Translations under genes and position numbers: made by a program
The notes under the pieces: generated by a model
The model's database searches: none
Told to the model about the DNA's origin: nothing
The model's input: the letters and a program-made list of their open reading frames with translations, nothing else
Origin: a virus
Taxonomy: Duplodnaviria; Heunggongvirae; Uroviricota; Caudoviricetes
DNA length: 25,829 nt
Virus record (IMG/VR): IMGVR_UViG_2802429220_000017
Direction: 5' to 3' (one strand)
In this document: positions 9,099 to 17,636 of the stretch, piece by piece
How positions within the stretch are numbered: position 1 is the first letter of the stretch
Layout of the letters: every line of letters begins with the position of its first letter

Positions 9099-9422
9099 AT
9101 GGCAAAGAATTTTGTAGAAGAAGGAAAAACGGTGGCGATTGTTGCCAGTGCAGCCATCAGCAGCGGAGATCTGGTGCAGGTGGGCGATGTTTTTGCGGTG
9201 ACGCTGACCGATATTCCACAGGGTGAAACAGGCGACGGCCTGACCGAAGGTGTGTTTATGCTGCCTAAGCTGAAAACGGATGACATGAAAACGGGTAAGA
9301 AGGTTTATCTGAAGTCCGGAAAAGTTCAGCTGACTAACAGCGGCTCTGATCCGCTGGTCGGGGTTGTCTGGGCAGATGCTGGAACCAGTGCAGAAGAAGT
9401 GCCGGTAAAACTCAATGTCTGA
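9099..9422 (+). CDS. Small head-associated protein (possible decoration/cementing protein), 107 aa
   Basis: GGAG SD 8 nt upstream of ATG 9099. Gly/Val-rich sequence. Position immediately after the capsid gene. Function assigned from position only. Confidence 0.45.
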   Translation: MAKNFVEEGKTVAIVASAAISSGDLVQVGDVFAVTLTDIPQGETGDGLTEGVFMLPKLKTDDMKTGKKVYLKSGKVQLTNSGSDPLVGVVWADAGTSAEEVPVKLNV

Positions 9423-9690
9423 TCCCTTTTCCCGGCTGGCAGCGCGTATGGATGCTATCACGGTCAGAAAGATGGGAAAGACAGCCTCGATTAATGATGT
9501 CGATATGACTGTGATCCTGGGAGAAACACTGGCAGAGCTGAATGCTCTGTCCGGACCTGCGGTCTCTCTGGTGGTGTTTTCTTCGGGATATCGCCCACGG
9601 CGCGGGGATCGCGTTGTTTATGACGAACAACAATGGACGGTCACACGGCATGAACGCTTTAACGGTAAGCCAATGATCTTTATTGAGTAA
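9415..9690 (+). CDS. Head-tail connector protein, lambda FII-like
   Basis: 91 aa, located just upstream of Z. Shares the RRGD-containing C-terminal pattern with recalled lambda gpFII. Start overlaps the previous stop (ATGTCTGA). Confidence 0.55.
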   Translation: MSDPFSRLAARMDAITVRKMGKTASINDVDMTVILGETLAELNALSGPAVSLVVFSSGYRPRRGDRVVYDEQQWTVTRHERFNGKPMIFIE

Positions 9691-9701
9691 AGAGGTGTGG
9701 G

Positions 9702-10280
9702 ATGAAGGGGCTTGAGAATGCCATCCGCAATCTGAACAGCCTTGATACCCGTATGGTACCACAGGCCAGCGCATGGGCGATAAACCGTGTGGCACAGAAA
9801 GCGGTCTCGGTTGCCACCCGGCAGGTTGCCGGGAATACCGTTGCGGGAGATAACCAGGTGAAAGGGATCCCCCTGAAACTGGTACGTCAGCGTGTCCGGG
9901 TGTTTAAAGCCAGTCCGTCAGGAAAAATGACGGCCAGGATCCGCGTTAACCGGGGCAATCTGCCCGCCATTAAGCTGGGGACAGCCCGGGTCAGACTGGC
10001 CCGGCGTGGTGGAAAACTGCAGTACCGTGGCAGTGTGCTGAAGGTGGGTAAATATCTTTTCCGGGATGCGTTTATTCAGCAACTGGCGAATGGTCGCTGG
10101 CATGTGATGCGGCGTATTGATGGCAAAAATCGTTACCCCATTGATGTGGTGAAAATCCCGCTGTCCGGACCGCTGACACAGGCATTTGAAGATGCCCGCG
10201 ACCGCATCATTGCTGCGGAAATGCCGAAACAGCTGGGGTATGCACTGAAACAACAACTGAGGTTATGGCTGACCCGATGA
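9702..10280 (+). CDS. Z: Minor tail protein Z (tail terminator/completion)
   Basis: Strong similarity to recalled lambda gpZ (MKGLENA..AINRVA..IRVNRGNLPAIKLG..QQLANGRWHVMRRIDGKNRYPIDVVKIP..LGYAL.QQLR). Confidence 0.9.
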   Translation: MKGLENAIRNLNSLDTRMVPQASAWAINRVAQKAVSVATRQVAGNTVAGDNQVKGIPLKLVRQRVRVFKASPSGKMTARIRVNRGNLPAIKLGTARVRLARRGGKLQYRGSVLKVGKYLFRDAFIQQLANGRWHVMRRIDGKNRYPIDVVKIPLSGPLTQAFEDARDRIIAAEMPKQLGYALKQQLRLWLTR

Positions 10281-10678
10281 ACCGACATACACAAATCCGC
10301 CAGGTCGTACTGGCACGCCTTCGGGAACAGTGTGGAGACAGCGCCACGTTTTTTGACGGGCTTCCGGCATTTGTTGATGCGCAGGAACTGCCTGCCGTGG
10401 CGGTGTGGCTGAGTGATGCTCAGTACACCGGAAAAATGACGGATGAAGATGACTGGCAGGCTGTTCTGCATATTGCTGTCTTCATCCGGGCACAGGCACC
10501 GGATTCAGAGCTGGATATGTGGATGGAGAGCACCATTTTCCCGGCCCTGAATGATGTACCGGCACTTTCCGGACTCATCGACACCCTGATCCCACTCGGT
10601 TTTAACTATCAACGTGATAATGAGATGGCCACCTGGGCGATGGCGGAAATCACGTACCAGATCACGTACACGAATTAA
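10265..10678 (+). CDS. U: Minor tail protein U (tail terminator)
   Basis: Strong similarity to recalled lambda gpU (ATFFDG.PA..D..PAVAV.L..A.YTG....D.WQA.LHI.VF..AQ.PDSELD.WMES.I.P...D.PALS.LI). Confidence 0.9.
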   Translation: MADPMNRHTQIRQVVLARLREQCGDSATFFDGLPAFVDAQELPAVAVWLSDAQYTGKMTDEDDWQAVLHIAVFIRAQAPDSELDMWMESTIFPALNDVPALSGLIDTLIPLGFNYQRDNEMATWAMAEITYQITYTN

Positions 10679-10688
10679 GGAGGTGGCA

Positions 10689-11432
10689 ATGACCACACCA
10701 AATCCACTGGCAAAGACGAAAGGTGCGGGGACGACGTTCTGGATGTATACCGGCAACGGCGACGCATTTGCGAACCCTTTGTCAGACACTGACTGGCTGC
10801 GTCTTGCGATGGTGAAGGATCTGCAACCTGGCGAAATGACCGCTGATGCAGAAGATGATACTTATCTCGATGATGAAGATGCAGACTGGAAAACGACAAC
10901 CCAGGGGCAGAAATCAGTCGGTGATACTTCGGCGACGCTGGCCTGGCGTCCGGGTGACAGCGGGCAGAAAAAACTGGTTCAGTTGTTCGACTCCGGTGAA
11001 GTCTGCGCGTTTCGTATCAAATATCCCAACGGTACTGTTGATGTTTTCCGTGGCTGGCTGAGTTCACTGGGTAAAACCATTGCCTCAAAAGACGTGATGA
11101 CCCGCACTGTGAAAATCAGCGGTGTGGGGCGTCCGTATCTGGCAGAGGAAGGCACTGAAACAGTGAGCGTTACCGGGCTGACGGTGGCACCGGCATCTGC
11201 CAGTGTAAAAGTGGGAGCAACCACCACGCTGACCTTTACAGTAAAACCTGACGGAGCCAGTGACAAAGCGATCAGTGTGCATTCGTCAGATCCACAGACT
11301 GCCACGGTGACCCTGAACGGGCTTGTGGCCACGGTGAAAGGCGTGAAGCAGGGCAGTGTCAGCATTGTGGGCATGACCGCTGACGGGAATTTTGTGGCTG
11401 TGGCTGCGGTGACTGTCAGCGCTGCAGGTTAA
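10689..11432 (+). CDS. V: Major tail protein V with C-terminal Ig-like (Big_2) domain
   Basis: Strong similarity to recalled lambda gpV (KGAGTT.W.Y.G.GD..ANPLSD.DW.RLA.VKDL.PGE.TA...DD.YLDDEDADW..T.QGQKS.GDTS.TLAW.PG). Track start at 10614 rejected in favour of the ATG at 10689 with SD AAGGAGG. Confidence 0.92.
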   Translation: MTTPNPLAKTKGAGTTFWMYTGNGDAFANPLSDTDWLRLAMVKDLQPGEMTADAEDDTYLDDEDADWKTTTQGQKSVGDTSATLAWRPGDSGQKKLVQLFDSGEVCAFRIKYPNGTVDVFRGWLSSLGKTIASKDVMTRTVKISGVGRPYLAEEGTETVSVTGLTVAPASASVKVGATTTLTFTVKPDGASDKAISVHSSDPQTATVTLNGLVATVKGVKQGSVSIVGMTADGNFVAVAAVTVSAAG

Positions 11433-11452
11433 CAGGACGATACTCATCATTT

Positions 11453-11477
11453 GCCCCGGTTATCCGGGGCTTTTTTG
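11453..11477 (+). terminator. Intrinsic terminator (probably partial) between V and G
   Basis: GCCCCGG-ttat-CCGGGGC 7-bp stem followed by TTTTTT, 20 nt after the V stop. Confidence 0.65.
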
Positions 11478-11489
11478 CAGGTGGAGAAC

Positions 11490-11879
11490 ATGATGTTTCT
11501 GAAACAGGGCACGTTTAATTATGAAAAACAGTCCGTGGTGCTCAGTGAGCTGTCCGGGCTGCAGAGAATTGAATATCTGGCGTTTGTTCAGCAGCGAACG
11601 GCAAAGTTTGATGCCGGTGAGGGAGAACTGCCGGAGGCTGAACGACAGATTGCTTTTCTGCGGATGGGGATGGATATCAATGCCTGGCTGGTTTCCCGCT
11701 CACTGTGGAATGCGGATCAGTCTAAGGATGTAGAGACGCTTTGCGCATCCGTTATTACAACATGGTCGTATGATGCCCTGGGTGCGGGGGCGGAGATGGT
11801 TCTGTCGCTGAGCGGTATGGGGGCCATTGATAATGCCGGGGATGATGAGCATGAGGCGCTGACGCCGGAAAAGTCCTGA
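11490..11879 (+). CDS. G: Tail assembly chaperone G
   Basis: Similarity to recalled lambda gpG (MFLK...VTLSELSALQRIE.LA). GGTGGAG SD upstream of the ATG pair at 11490/11493. Track start at 11451 lies inside the V-G terminator and is rejected. Confidence 0.85.
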   Translation: MMFLKQGTFNYEKQSVVLSELSGLQRIEYLAFVQQRTAKFDAGEGELPEAERQIAFLRMGMDINAWLVSRSLWNADQSKDVETLCASVITTWSYDALGAGAEMVLSLSGMGAIDNAGDDEHEALTPEKS

Positions 11880-12217
11880 CGCGGGAAATGCAGTTTGTCA
11901 TGCGGCTTGCCCGGGAGTTCCGGCGGGCAGACTGGCGGCGGATGCTGTCGGAAATGTCGGCCACTGAGCTTGGTGAGTGGGGCGATTATTTCCGGATGCA
12001 GAGCTTCAGTGATGTGTGGATGGATGCGCAGTTTGCCTCGCTGAAGGCATTGATCGTGAGAATGGTGTCCGGCAGCAGTGATGCTGCGGTGGCTGATTTC
12101 AGCCTTTTACCGGAAGAGAACGGGATACCGGAGCGAACGGACGAAGAACTGATGCATCTTGGGGAAGGTATTTCCGGAGGTGTGCGTTATGGACCAGATA
12201 GCCAACCTGGTCATTGA
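11490..12217 (+). CDS. GT: Tail assembly chaperone G-T fusion, made by programmed -1 ribosomal frameshift near the 3' end of G (slip around 11868-11873)
   Basis: The -1 frame opens at 11855 (after TGA 11852-11854) and continues to 12217. It encodes a gpT-like sequence (..FRRADWRRMLSEMSATE..GGVRYGPD). Candidate slip sequence CCG-GAA-AAG lies 4 nt before the G stop. Confidence 0.7.
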
Positions 12218-15200
12218 TTTGGGGATTGATGCGGCAGAGTTTAAAAATGAAATCCCCCGTATCAAAAACCTTCTGAATGGTGCAGCCAGCGATGCAGAAC
12301 GGTCTTCTGCCCGTATGCAGCGTTTTATGGAGCGTCAGACTCAGGCCGCCCGGCAGACAACGCAGGCGGCGTCTTCGGCTGCAACAGCCGCATCCGTCCA
12401 TGCGCAGACGGTGGAGAAGAACGCACAGGCTCATGAACGCATGGCCCGCGAGGTGGAGAAAACCCGCCAGCGCATGGAGGCGCTGAGCCAGAAAATGCGC
12501 GAGGAACAGGCGCAGGCCATGGCTCTGGCGGAGGCTCAGGATAAAGCGGCTGCTGCGTTTTATCGTCAGATTGACAGTGTGAAACAGGCCAGTGCGGGTC
12601 TGCAGGAATTACAGCGTATTCAGCAGCAGATCCGACAGGCCAGAAACAGTGGCGGGATTGGTCAGCAGGATTATCTGGCGCTGATTTCTGAGGTTACGGC
12701 GAAAACCCGTGTTCTTACACAGGCTGAGGAAGAGGCTACCCGACAGAAAGTGGCGTTTATCCGTCAGCTTAAAGAGCAGGCAACCCGCCAGAATCTTTCT
12801 TCTTCTGAGTTGCTTCGTGCTAAGGCTGCCCAGCTGGGGGTAAGCAGTGCTGCAGAAGTGTATATCCGCAAAATGGAGCAGGCAGGAAAAGCCACGCATT
12901 CGCTGGGGCTGAAAAGTGCAGCGGCCCGCCAGGAGATAGGCGTTCTGATAGGTGAACTGGCCCGCGGCAATTTAGGTGCGCTGAGGGGATCCGGGATAAC
13001 GCTGGCTAACCGTGCCGGGTGGATAGACACACTGATGTCACCGAAAGGCATGATGCTTGGCGGGGTTATTAGCGGTATTGCCGCGGCTGTCTATGGTCTG
13101 GGTAAAGCCTGGTATGACGGTCAGAAGGAGGGGGAAGAATTTAACCGCCAGCTGTCGCTGACGGGGCATTATGCCGGAGTCACTGCCGGGCAGCTGTGGA
13201 CGCTCAGTCGTGCTATTTCCGGGAATGGTATCACGCAACATGCTGCAGCCGGTGCGCTGGCTCAGGTGGTGGGTAGTGGTGCATTTCGTGGAAACGATAT
13301 CGGTATGGTGGCGAGAGCTGCCGCACAGATGGAGCGATCGGTTGGCCAGTCGGTCAGCGATACCATAAATCAGTTTAAGCGGCTGAAGGATGATCCTGTA
13401 AATGCCGCGAAGGCTCTGGACAATGAGCTGCATTTTCTTACTGCCACTCAGCTTGAGCAGATACGCGTCCTTGGGGAGCAGGGACGGTCCAGTGATGCTG
13501 CACGGATAGCCATGTCTGCACTGGCAGAGGAAACCGGTCGGCGTACTGCGGATATTGATAATAACCTCAATGCGCTTGGTAGTACGCTGAAGTATCTGTC
13601 TGATTTATGGAGTCGTTTCTGGGATGCGGCCATGAATATTGGTCGTGAAGACTCGCTGGATGAACAGATTGTCACTTTACAGGAGAAAGTGTCGCGGGCG
13701 AAAAGACTCCCCTGGACGGCATCATCTTCTCAGGTTGAATACGATCAGCAGCGTCTTAACGATCTTCAGGAGAAAAAACGCCAGAAGGATTTGCAGGATG
13801 CAAAAGAGCAGGCAGAGCGGAATTATCAGGAGCAACAGAAACGACGTAATGCTGAAAATGCTGCACTGAACCGGATGAATGAAACGGAAGCAGCACGACA
13901 TCAGCGTGAAATTGCGCGTATTAATGCCATGCAGTACGCCGACCAGGCTGTCAGGGATGCGGCGATACAACGTGAAAATGAACGTTACGAGAAAGCCCTG
14001 GCATCCGGTAAGAAAAAAACACGCGAAACCCGTAATGATGAGGCCACCCGGTTATTGCTGCAGTACAGTCAGCAACAGGCACAGGTGGAAGGGCAGATTG
14101 CTGCTGCAAGACAGTCAGCAGGCATTGCCACTGAAAAGATGACAGAAGCGCATAAACAGCTTCTGGCTCTGCAGCAGCGCATCAGCGACCTGGACGGGAA
14201 AAAACTGACGGCAGATGAAAAGAGTGTGCTGGCCCGTAAAGATGAACTGATTCAGGCACTGACGCTGCTGGATGTAAAACAGCAGGAGCTTCAGAAACAG
14301 ACGGCACTCAACGAGCTGAAGAAAAAAACAATTCAGCTGACCAGTCAACTGGCTGAAGAAGAGCGCGCTCAGCGTCAGCAACATGACCTGGATATCGCCA
14401 CGGTGGGTATGGGTGATCAGCAGAGGCAGCGATATCAGGTACAACTGAGTCTTCGCCAGAAATACCAGCAACAGCTGGAGCAGTTGAGGCGGGATAGTGA
14501 GCAGAAAGGGACATATAACACGGATGACTACAGAAAGGCCGAGCAGGCGCTGACGGAGAGCCTGAACCGACAACTGAATGAGAATCGCCGTTATTGGCAA
14601 CAGCTTGAAATTGCTCAGGGTGACTGGAAAAACGGAGTCCTGCGTGCACTCCAGAATGTCACTGAGAAAGCGGATAACACAGCCGGGACAGTGGAACAGT
14701 TGTTCACGTCTGCGTTCAGTAGCATGAGTGACTGGCTGGCGACATTCTGTACTACAGGCAAACTCAATTTCAAATCCTTCACCTCTTCTGTGCTGTCAGA
14801 TATGTCCAGAATCATGGCTCAGATAGCTTTAATGAAAGCGGTAAAAGGCATTGCTTCCGCGCTGCCTTTTGATTTTGTAGCCAATGCTGATGGCGGTGTT
14901 TATCAGTCGGCTGATTTGAGTCGCTACAGTGGCACGGTGGTTAACCGTCCGACGTTTTTTGCTTTTGCAAAAGGCGCGGGTGTGATGGGGGAAGCTGGAC
15001 CTGAAGCCATTCTGCCACTGCGTCGTGGTGCTGACGGTAAGCTGGGGGTTGTGGCGGATATTGGTGGTTCAGGTATGGCGATGTTTGCCCCGCAGTACAA
15101 CATCGAGATCAATAACGATGGCACGAACGGGCAGATAGGTCCGGCTGCCCTGAAGGTGGTTTATGACCTTGGGAAAAAAGCGGCAGCGGACTTTATGCAA

Positions 15201-15245
15201 CAGCAGGCCCGTGATGGTGGTCGGTTAAGTGGAGCATATCGGTAA
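12189..15245 (+). CDS. H: Tail tape measure protein H
   Basis: 1018 aa from ATG 12189. N-terminus (MDQIANLVIDLGIDAAEF) and C-terminus (INNDGTNGQIGPAALKVVYD...DGG) match recalled lambda gpH. Long coiled-coil-like central region. Confidence 0.92.
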   Translation: MDQIANLVIDLGIDAAEFKNEIPRIKNLLNGAASDAERSSARMQRFMERQTQAARQTTQAASSAATAASVHAQTVEKNAQAHERMAREVEKTRQRMEALSQKMREEQAQAMALAEAQDKAAAAFYRQIDSVKQASAGLQELQRIQQQIRQARNSGGIGQQDYLALISEVTAKTRVLTQAEEEATRQKVAFIRQLKEQATRQNLSSSELLRAKAAQLGVSSAAEVYIRKMEQAGKATHSLGLKSAAARQEIGVLIGELARGNLGALRGSGITLANRAGWIDTLMSPKGMMLGGVISGIAAAVYGLGKAWYDGQKEGEEFNRQLSLTGHYAGVTAGQLWTLSRAISGNGITQHAAAGALAQVVGSGAFRGNDIGMVARAAAQMERSVGQSVSDTINQFKRLKDDPVNAAKALDNELHFLTATQLEQIRVLGEQGRSSDAARIAMSALAEETGRRTADIDNNLNALGSTLKYLSDLWSRFWDAAMNIGREDSLDEQIVTLQEKVSRAKRLPWTASSSQVEYDQQRLNDLQEKKRQKDLQDAKEQAERNYQEQQKRRNAENAALNRMNETEAARHQREIARINAMQYADQAVRDAAIQRENERYEKALASGKKKTRETRNDEATRLLLQYSQQQAQVEGQIAAARQSAGIATEKMTEAHKQLLALQQRISDLDGKKLTADEKSVLARKDELIQALTLLDVKQQELQKQTALNELKKKTIQLTSQLAEEERAQRQQHDLDIATVGMGDQQRQRYQVQLSLRQKYQQQLEQLRRDSEQKGTYNTDDYRKAEQALTESLNRQLNENRRYWQQLEIAQGDWKNGVLRALQNVTEKADNTAGTVEQLFTSAFSSMSDWLATFCTTGKLNFKSFTSSVLSDMSRIMAQIALMKAVKGIASALPFDFVANADGGVYQSADLSRYSGTVVNRPTFFAFAKGAGVMGEAGPEAILPLRRGADGKLGVVADIGGSGMAMFAPQYNIEINNDGTNGQIGPAALKVVYDLGKKAAADFMQQQARDGGRLSGAYR

Positions 15246-15574
15246 TGGAGACGTTTCACTGGAAAGTGCGCCCGGATATGAATGTGGTATCAGAGCCGAA
15301 AGTGGTGACAGTGAAGCTGGGCGATGGTTATGAACAGCGTCGTGCGGCGGGACTGAATAACCAGTTGTCGATTTACAGCGTGACGATACGTGTTCGTAAA
15401 TGTGAACACCCATCTTTAAAAGCCTTTCTGGAACGGCACGGTGGCGTCCGCGCATTTCAGTGGACGCCACCTTATGACTGGAAACCGATTAGGGTGGTTT
15501 GTCGTAAATGGTCGGCAAGCGTGGGGGCGCTGTGGGTAACCATAACGGCAGATTTTGAACAGGTCGTGGCATAG
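15245..15574 (+). CDS. M: Minor tail protein M (tail tip)
   Basis: High similarity to recalled lambda gpM (M.TF.WKV.P.M.V.S.P.V..V..GDGY.QR...GLN..L..YSVT...FLE.HGG...F.WTPPY.W..I.V.C.KWS....FEQVV). ATG overlaps the H stop. Confidence 0.92.
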   Translation: METFHWKVRPDMNVVSEPKVVTVKLGDGYEQRRAAGLNNQLSIYSVTIRVRKCEHPSLKAFLERHGGVRAFQWTPPYDWKPIRVVCRKWSASVGALWVTITADFEQVVA

Positions 15575-15583
15575 GAGGCTCTG

Positions 15584-16282
15584 GTGCAGGATATTCCACA
15601 GGAAACACATCATGAGACGACACGCCTCAGTCAGTCAGCCCAGGTGGTGCTTTGGGAAATTGATCTGACAGAGGTCGGTGGTGAACGTTATTTTTTCTGT
15701 AATGAGCAGAACGAAAAAGGTGAGCCGGTTACCTGGCAGGGGCGTCAGTATCAGGCATACCCCATTCAGGGGACGGGATTTGAACTGAACGGCAAGGGCA
15801 GTGCTGCCCGTCCGACACTGACGGTTTCTAACCTGCACGGCATGGTCACCGGGATGGCGGAAGACCTGCAGAGTCTGGTCCGTGGAACGGTGGTCAGGCG
15901 TAAGGTTTACGCCCGTTTTCTGGATGCGGTGAACTTCGTCAACGGAAACAGCGAAGCCGATCCGGAGCAGGAGGTGATCAGCCGCTGGCGCATCGAGCAG
16001 TGCAGCGAACTGAGCGCGGTCAGTGCCTCTTTTGTACTGTCCACACCGACGGAAACGGATGGTGCCGTTTTTCCGGGGCGCATCATGCTGGCTAATACCT
16101 GCACCTGGACCTATCGCGGTGATGAGTGCGGTTATAACGGTCCGGCGGTCGCGGATGAATATGACCAGCCGACGTCCGATATCACTAAGGATAAATGCAG
16201 CAAATGCCTGAGTGGCTGTAAGTTTCGCAATAATGTCGGCAACTTTGGCGGCTTCCTTTCCATTAACAAACTTTCGCAGTAA
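15584..16282 (+). CDS. L: Minor tail protein L (tail tip)
   Basis: Near-identical to recalled lambda gpL along its length (VVLWEIDLTEVGGERYFFCNEQNEKGEPVTWQGRQYQ...KCSKCLSGCKFRNNVGNFGGFLSINKLSQ). GTG start. Confidence 0.95.
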   Translation: MQDIPQETHHETTRLSQSAQVVLWEIDLTEVGGERYFFCNEQNEKGEPVTWQGRQYQAYPIQGTGFELNGKGSAARPTLTVSNLHGMVTGMAEDLQSLVRGTVVRRKVYARFLDAVNFVNGNSEADPEQEVISRWRIEQCSELSAVSASFVLSTPTETDGAVFPGRIMLANTCTWTYRGDECGYNGPAVADEYDQPTSDITKDKCSKCLSGCKFRNNVGNFGGFLSINKLSQ

Positions 16283-16287
16283 ATCCC

Positions 16288-17031
16288 ATGACACAGACAG
16301 AATCAGCGATTCTGGCGCACGCCCGGCGATGTGCGCCAGCGGAGTCGTGCGGCTTCGTGGTGAGAACGCCGGAAGGGGAAAGATATTTTCCCTGCGTGAA
16401 TATCTCCGGTGAGCCGGAGGATTATTTCCGGATGTCGCCGGAGGACTGGCTGCGGGCAGAAATGCAGGGTGAGATTGTGGCGCTGGTGCACAGCCACCCC
16501 GGTGGTCTGCCCTGGCTGAGTGAGGCCGACCGGCGACTGCAGGTGCAGAGTGATTTGCCGTGGTGGCTGGTCTGCCGGGGGGCGATTCATAAGTTCCGCT
16601 GTGTGCCGCATCTCACCGGGCGGCGCTTTGAGCACGGGGTGACGGACTGTTACACGCTGTTCCGGGACGCTTACCATCTGGCGGGGATTGAGATGCCGGA
16701 TTTTCATCGCGAGGATGACTGGTGGCGTAACGGTCAGAATCTCTATCTGGATAATCTGGAGGCCACAGGGCTGTATCAGGTGCCGTTGTCAGCGGCGCAG
16801 CCGGGCGATGTGCTGCTGTGCTGTTTTGGTTCATCGGTGCCGAATCATGCCGCCATTTACTGCGGCGACGGCGAGCTGTTGCACCATATTCCTGAACAAC
16901 TGAGCAAACGAGAGAGGTATACCGACAAATGGCAGCGACGCACACACTCCCTCTGGCGTCACCGGGCATGGCACGCATCTGCCTTTACGGGGATTTACAA
17001 CGATTTGGCCGCCGCATCGACCTTCGTGTGA
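16288..17031 (+). CDS. K: Tail tip assembly protein K (JAMM/MPN + NlpC/P60 domains)
   Basis: JAMM-like motif (VHSHPGG...SEADRR) and NlpC/P60-like Cys/His region (GVTDCYTLF...H). Resembles recalled lambda gpK. Confidence 0.9.
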   Translation: MTQTESAILAHARRCAPAESCGFVVRTPEGERYFPCVNISGEPEDYFRMSPEDWLRAEMQGEIVALVHSHPGGLPWLSEADRRLQVQSDLPWWLVCRGAIHKFRCVPHLTGRRFEHGVTDCYTLFRDAYHLAGIEMPDFHREDDWWRNGQNLYLDNLEATGLYQVPLSAAQPGDVLLCCFGSSVPNHAAIYCGDGELLHHIPEQLSKRERYTDKWQRRTHSLWRHRAWHASAFTGIYNDLAAASTFV

Positions 17032-17576
17032 AAACGGGGGCCGAAGCCATCCGGGCGCTGGCCACGCAGCTTCCGTCGTTTCGCCAGAAACTGAATGAGG
17101 GCTGGTATCAGGTGCGCATTGCCGGGCGTGATGCAGGTGAAACCGAATTATCTGCCCGTCTTAATGAGCCGCTGGAAAATGGTGCCGTGATCCATATCGT
17201 GCCGCGTCTGGCGGGAGCTAAAAGTGGCGGTGTATTTCAGGTGGTGCTGGGGGCGGCGTTGATTGCGGTGGCATGGTGGAACCCTGTGGGCTGGCTGGGT
17301 GCCGCGGCTGTATCGGGCATGTATGCGGCAGGGGCCAGTATGATCCTGGGCGGTGTGGCGCAGATGCTGGCACCGAAAGCCAGGACGTCCACGGCAGCCA
17401 GTACAGATAACGGCAAACAGAACACCTATTTCTCCTCACTGGATAACATGGTTGCTCAGGGCAATGTTTTGCCTGTTCTGTACGGTGAAATGCGTGTGGG
17501 TTCGCGGGTGGTTTCTCAGGAGATCAGCACGGCAGACGAAGGGGACGGTGGTCAGGTTGTGGTGATTGGTCGCTGA
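16929..17576 (+). CDS. I: Tail tip assembly protein I
   Basis: Resembles recalled lambda gpI (MAATHTLPLASPGMARICLYGDLQRF...NTYFSSLDNMVAQGNVLPVLYGEMRVGSRVVSQEIS). Overlaps the 3' end of K in another frame. Confidence 0.85.
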   Translation: MAATHTLPLASPGMARICLYGDLQRFGRRIDLRVKTGAEAIRALATQLPSFRQKLNEGWYQVRIAGRDAGETELSARLNEPLENGAVIHIVPRLAGAKSGGVFQVVLGAALIAVAWWNPVGWLGAAAVSGMYAAGASMILGGVAQMLAPKARTSTAASTDNGKQNTYFSSLDNMVAQGNVLPVLYGEMRVGSRVVSQEISTADEGDGGQVVVIGR

Positions 17577-17595
17577 TGCAAAATGTTTTATGTGA

Positions 17596-17620
17596 AACCG
17601 CCTCCGGGCGGTTTTGTCGT
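17596..17620 (+). terminator. Stem-loop with T-rich tail between I and J (possible attenuator)
   Basis: AAACCGCC-tccg-GGCGGTTTT followed by GTCGTTT. Confidence 0.4.
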
Positions 17621-17636
17621 TTATGGAGCATGACGA

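Noticed and set aside
11451-11489. Track start for gene G at 11451
   Set aside because: These codons overlap the V-G terminator hairpin. The lambda-like G N-terminus (MFLK...) begins at the ATG pair at 11490/11493, which has an SD.
12099-14815. Several 60-160-aa minus-strand ORFs within the tape measure gene
   Set aside because: Antisense to H. Low-complexity products typical of frame artefacts.
15635-16294. 219-aa minus-strand ORF
   Set aside because: Antisense to the gpL homologue, with no recognisable features. Judged spurious.
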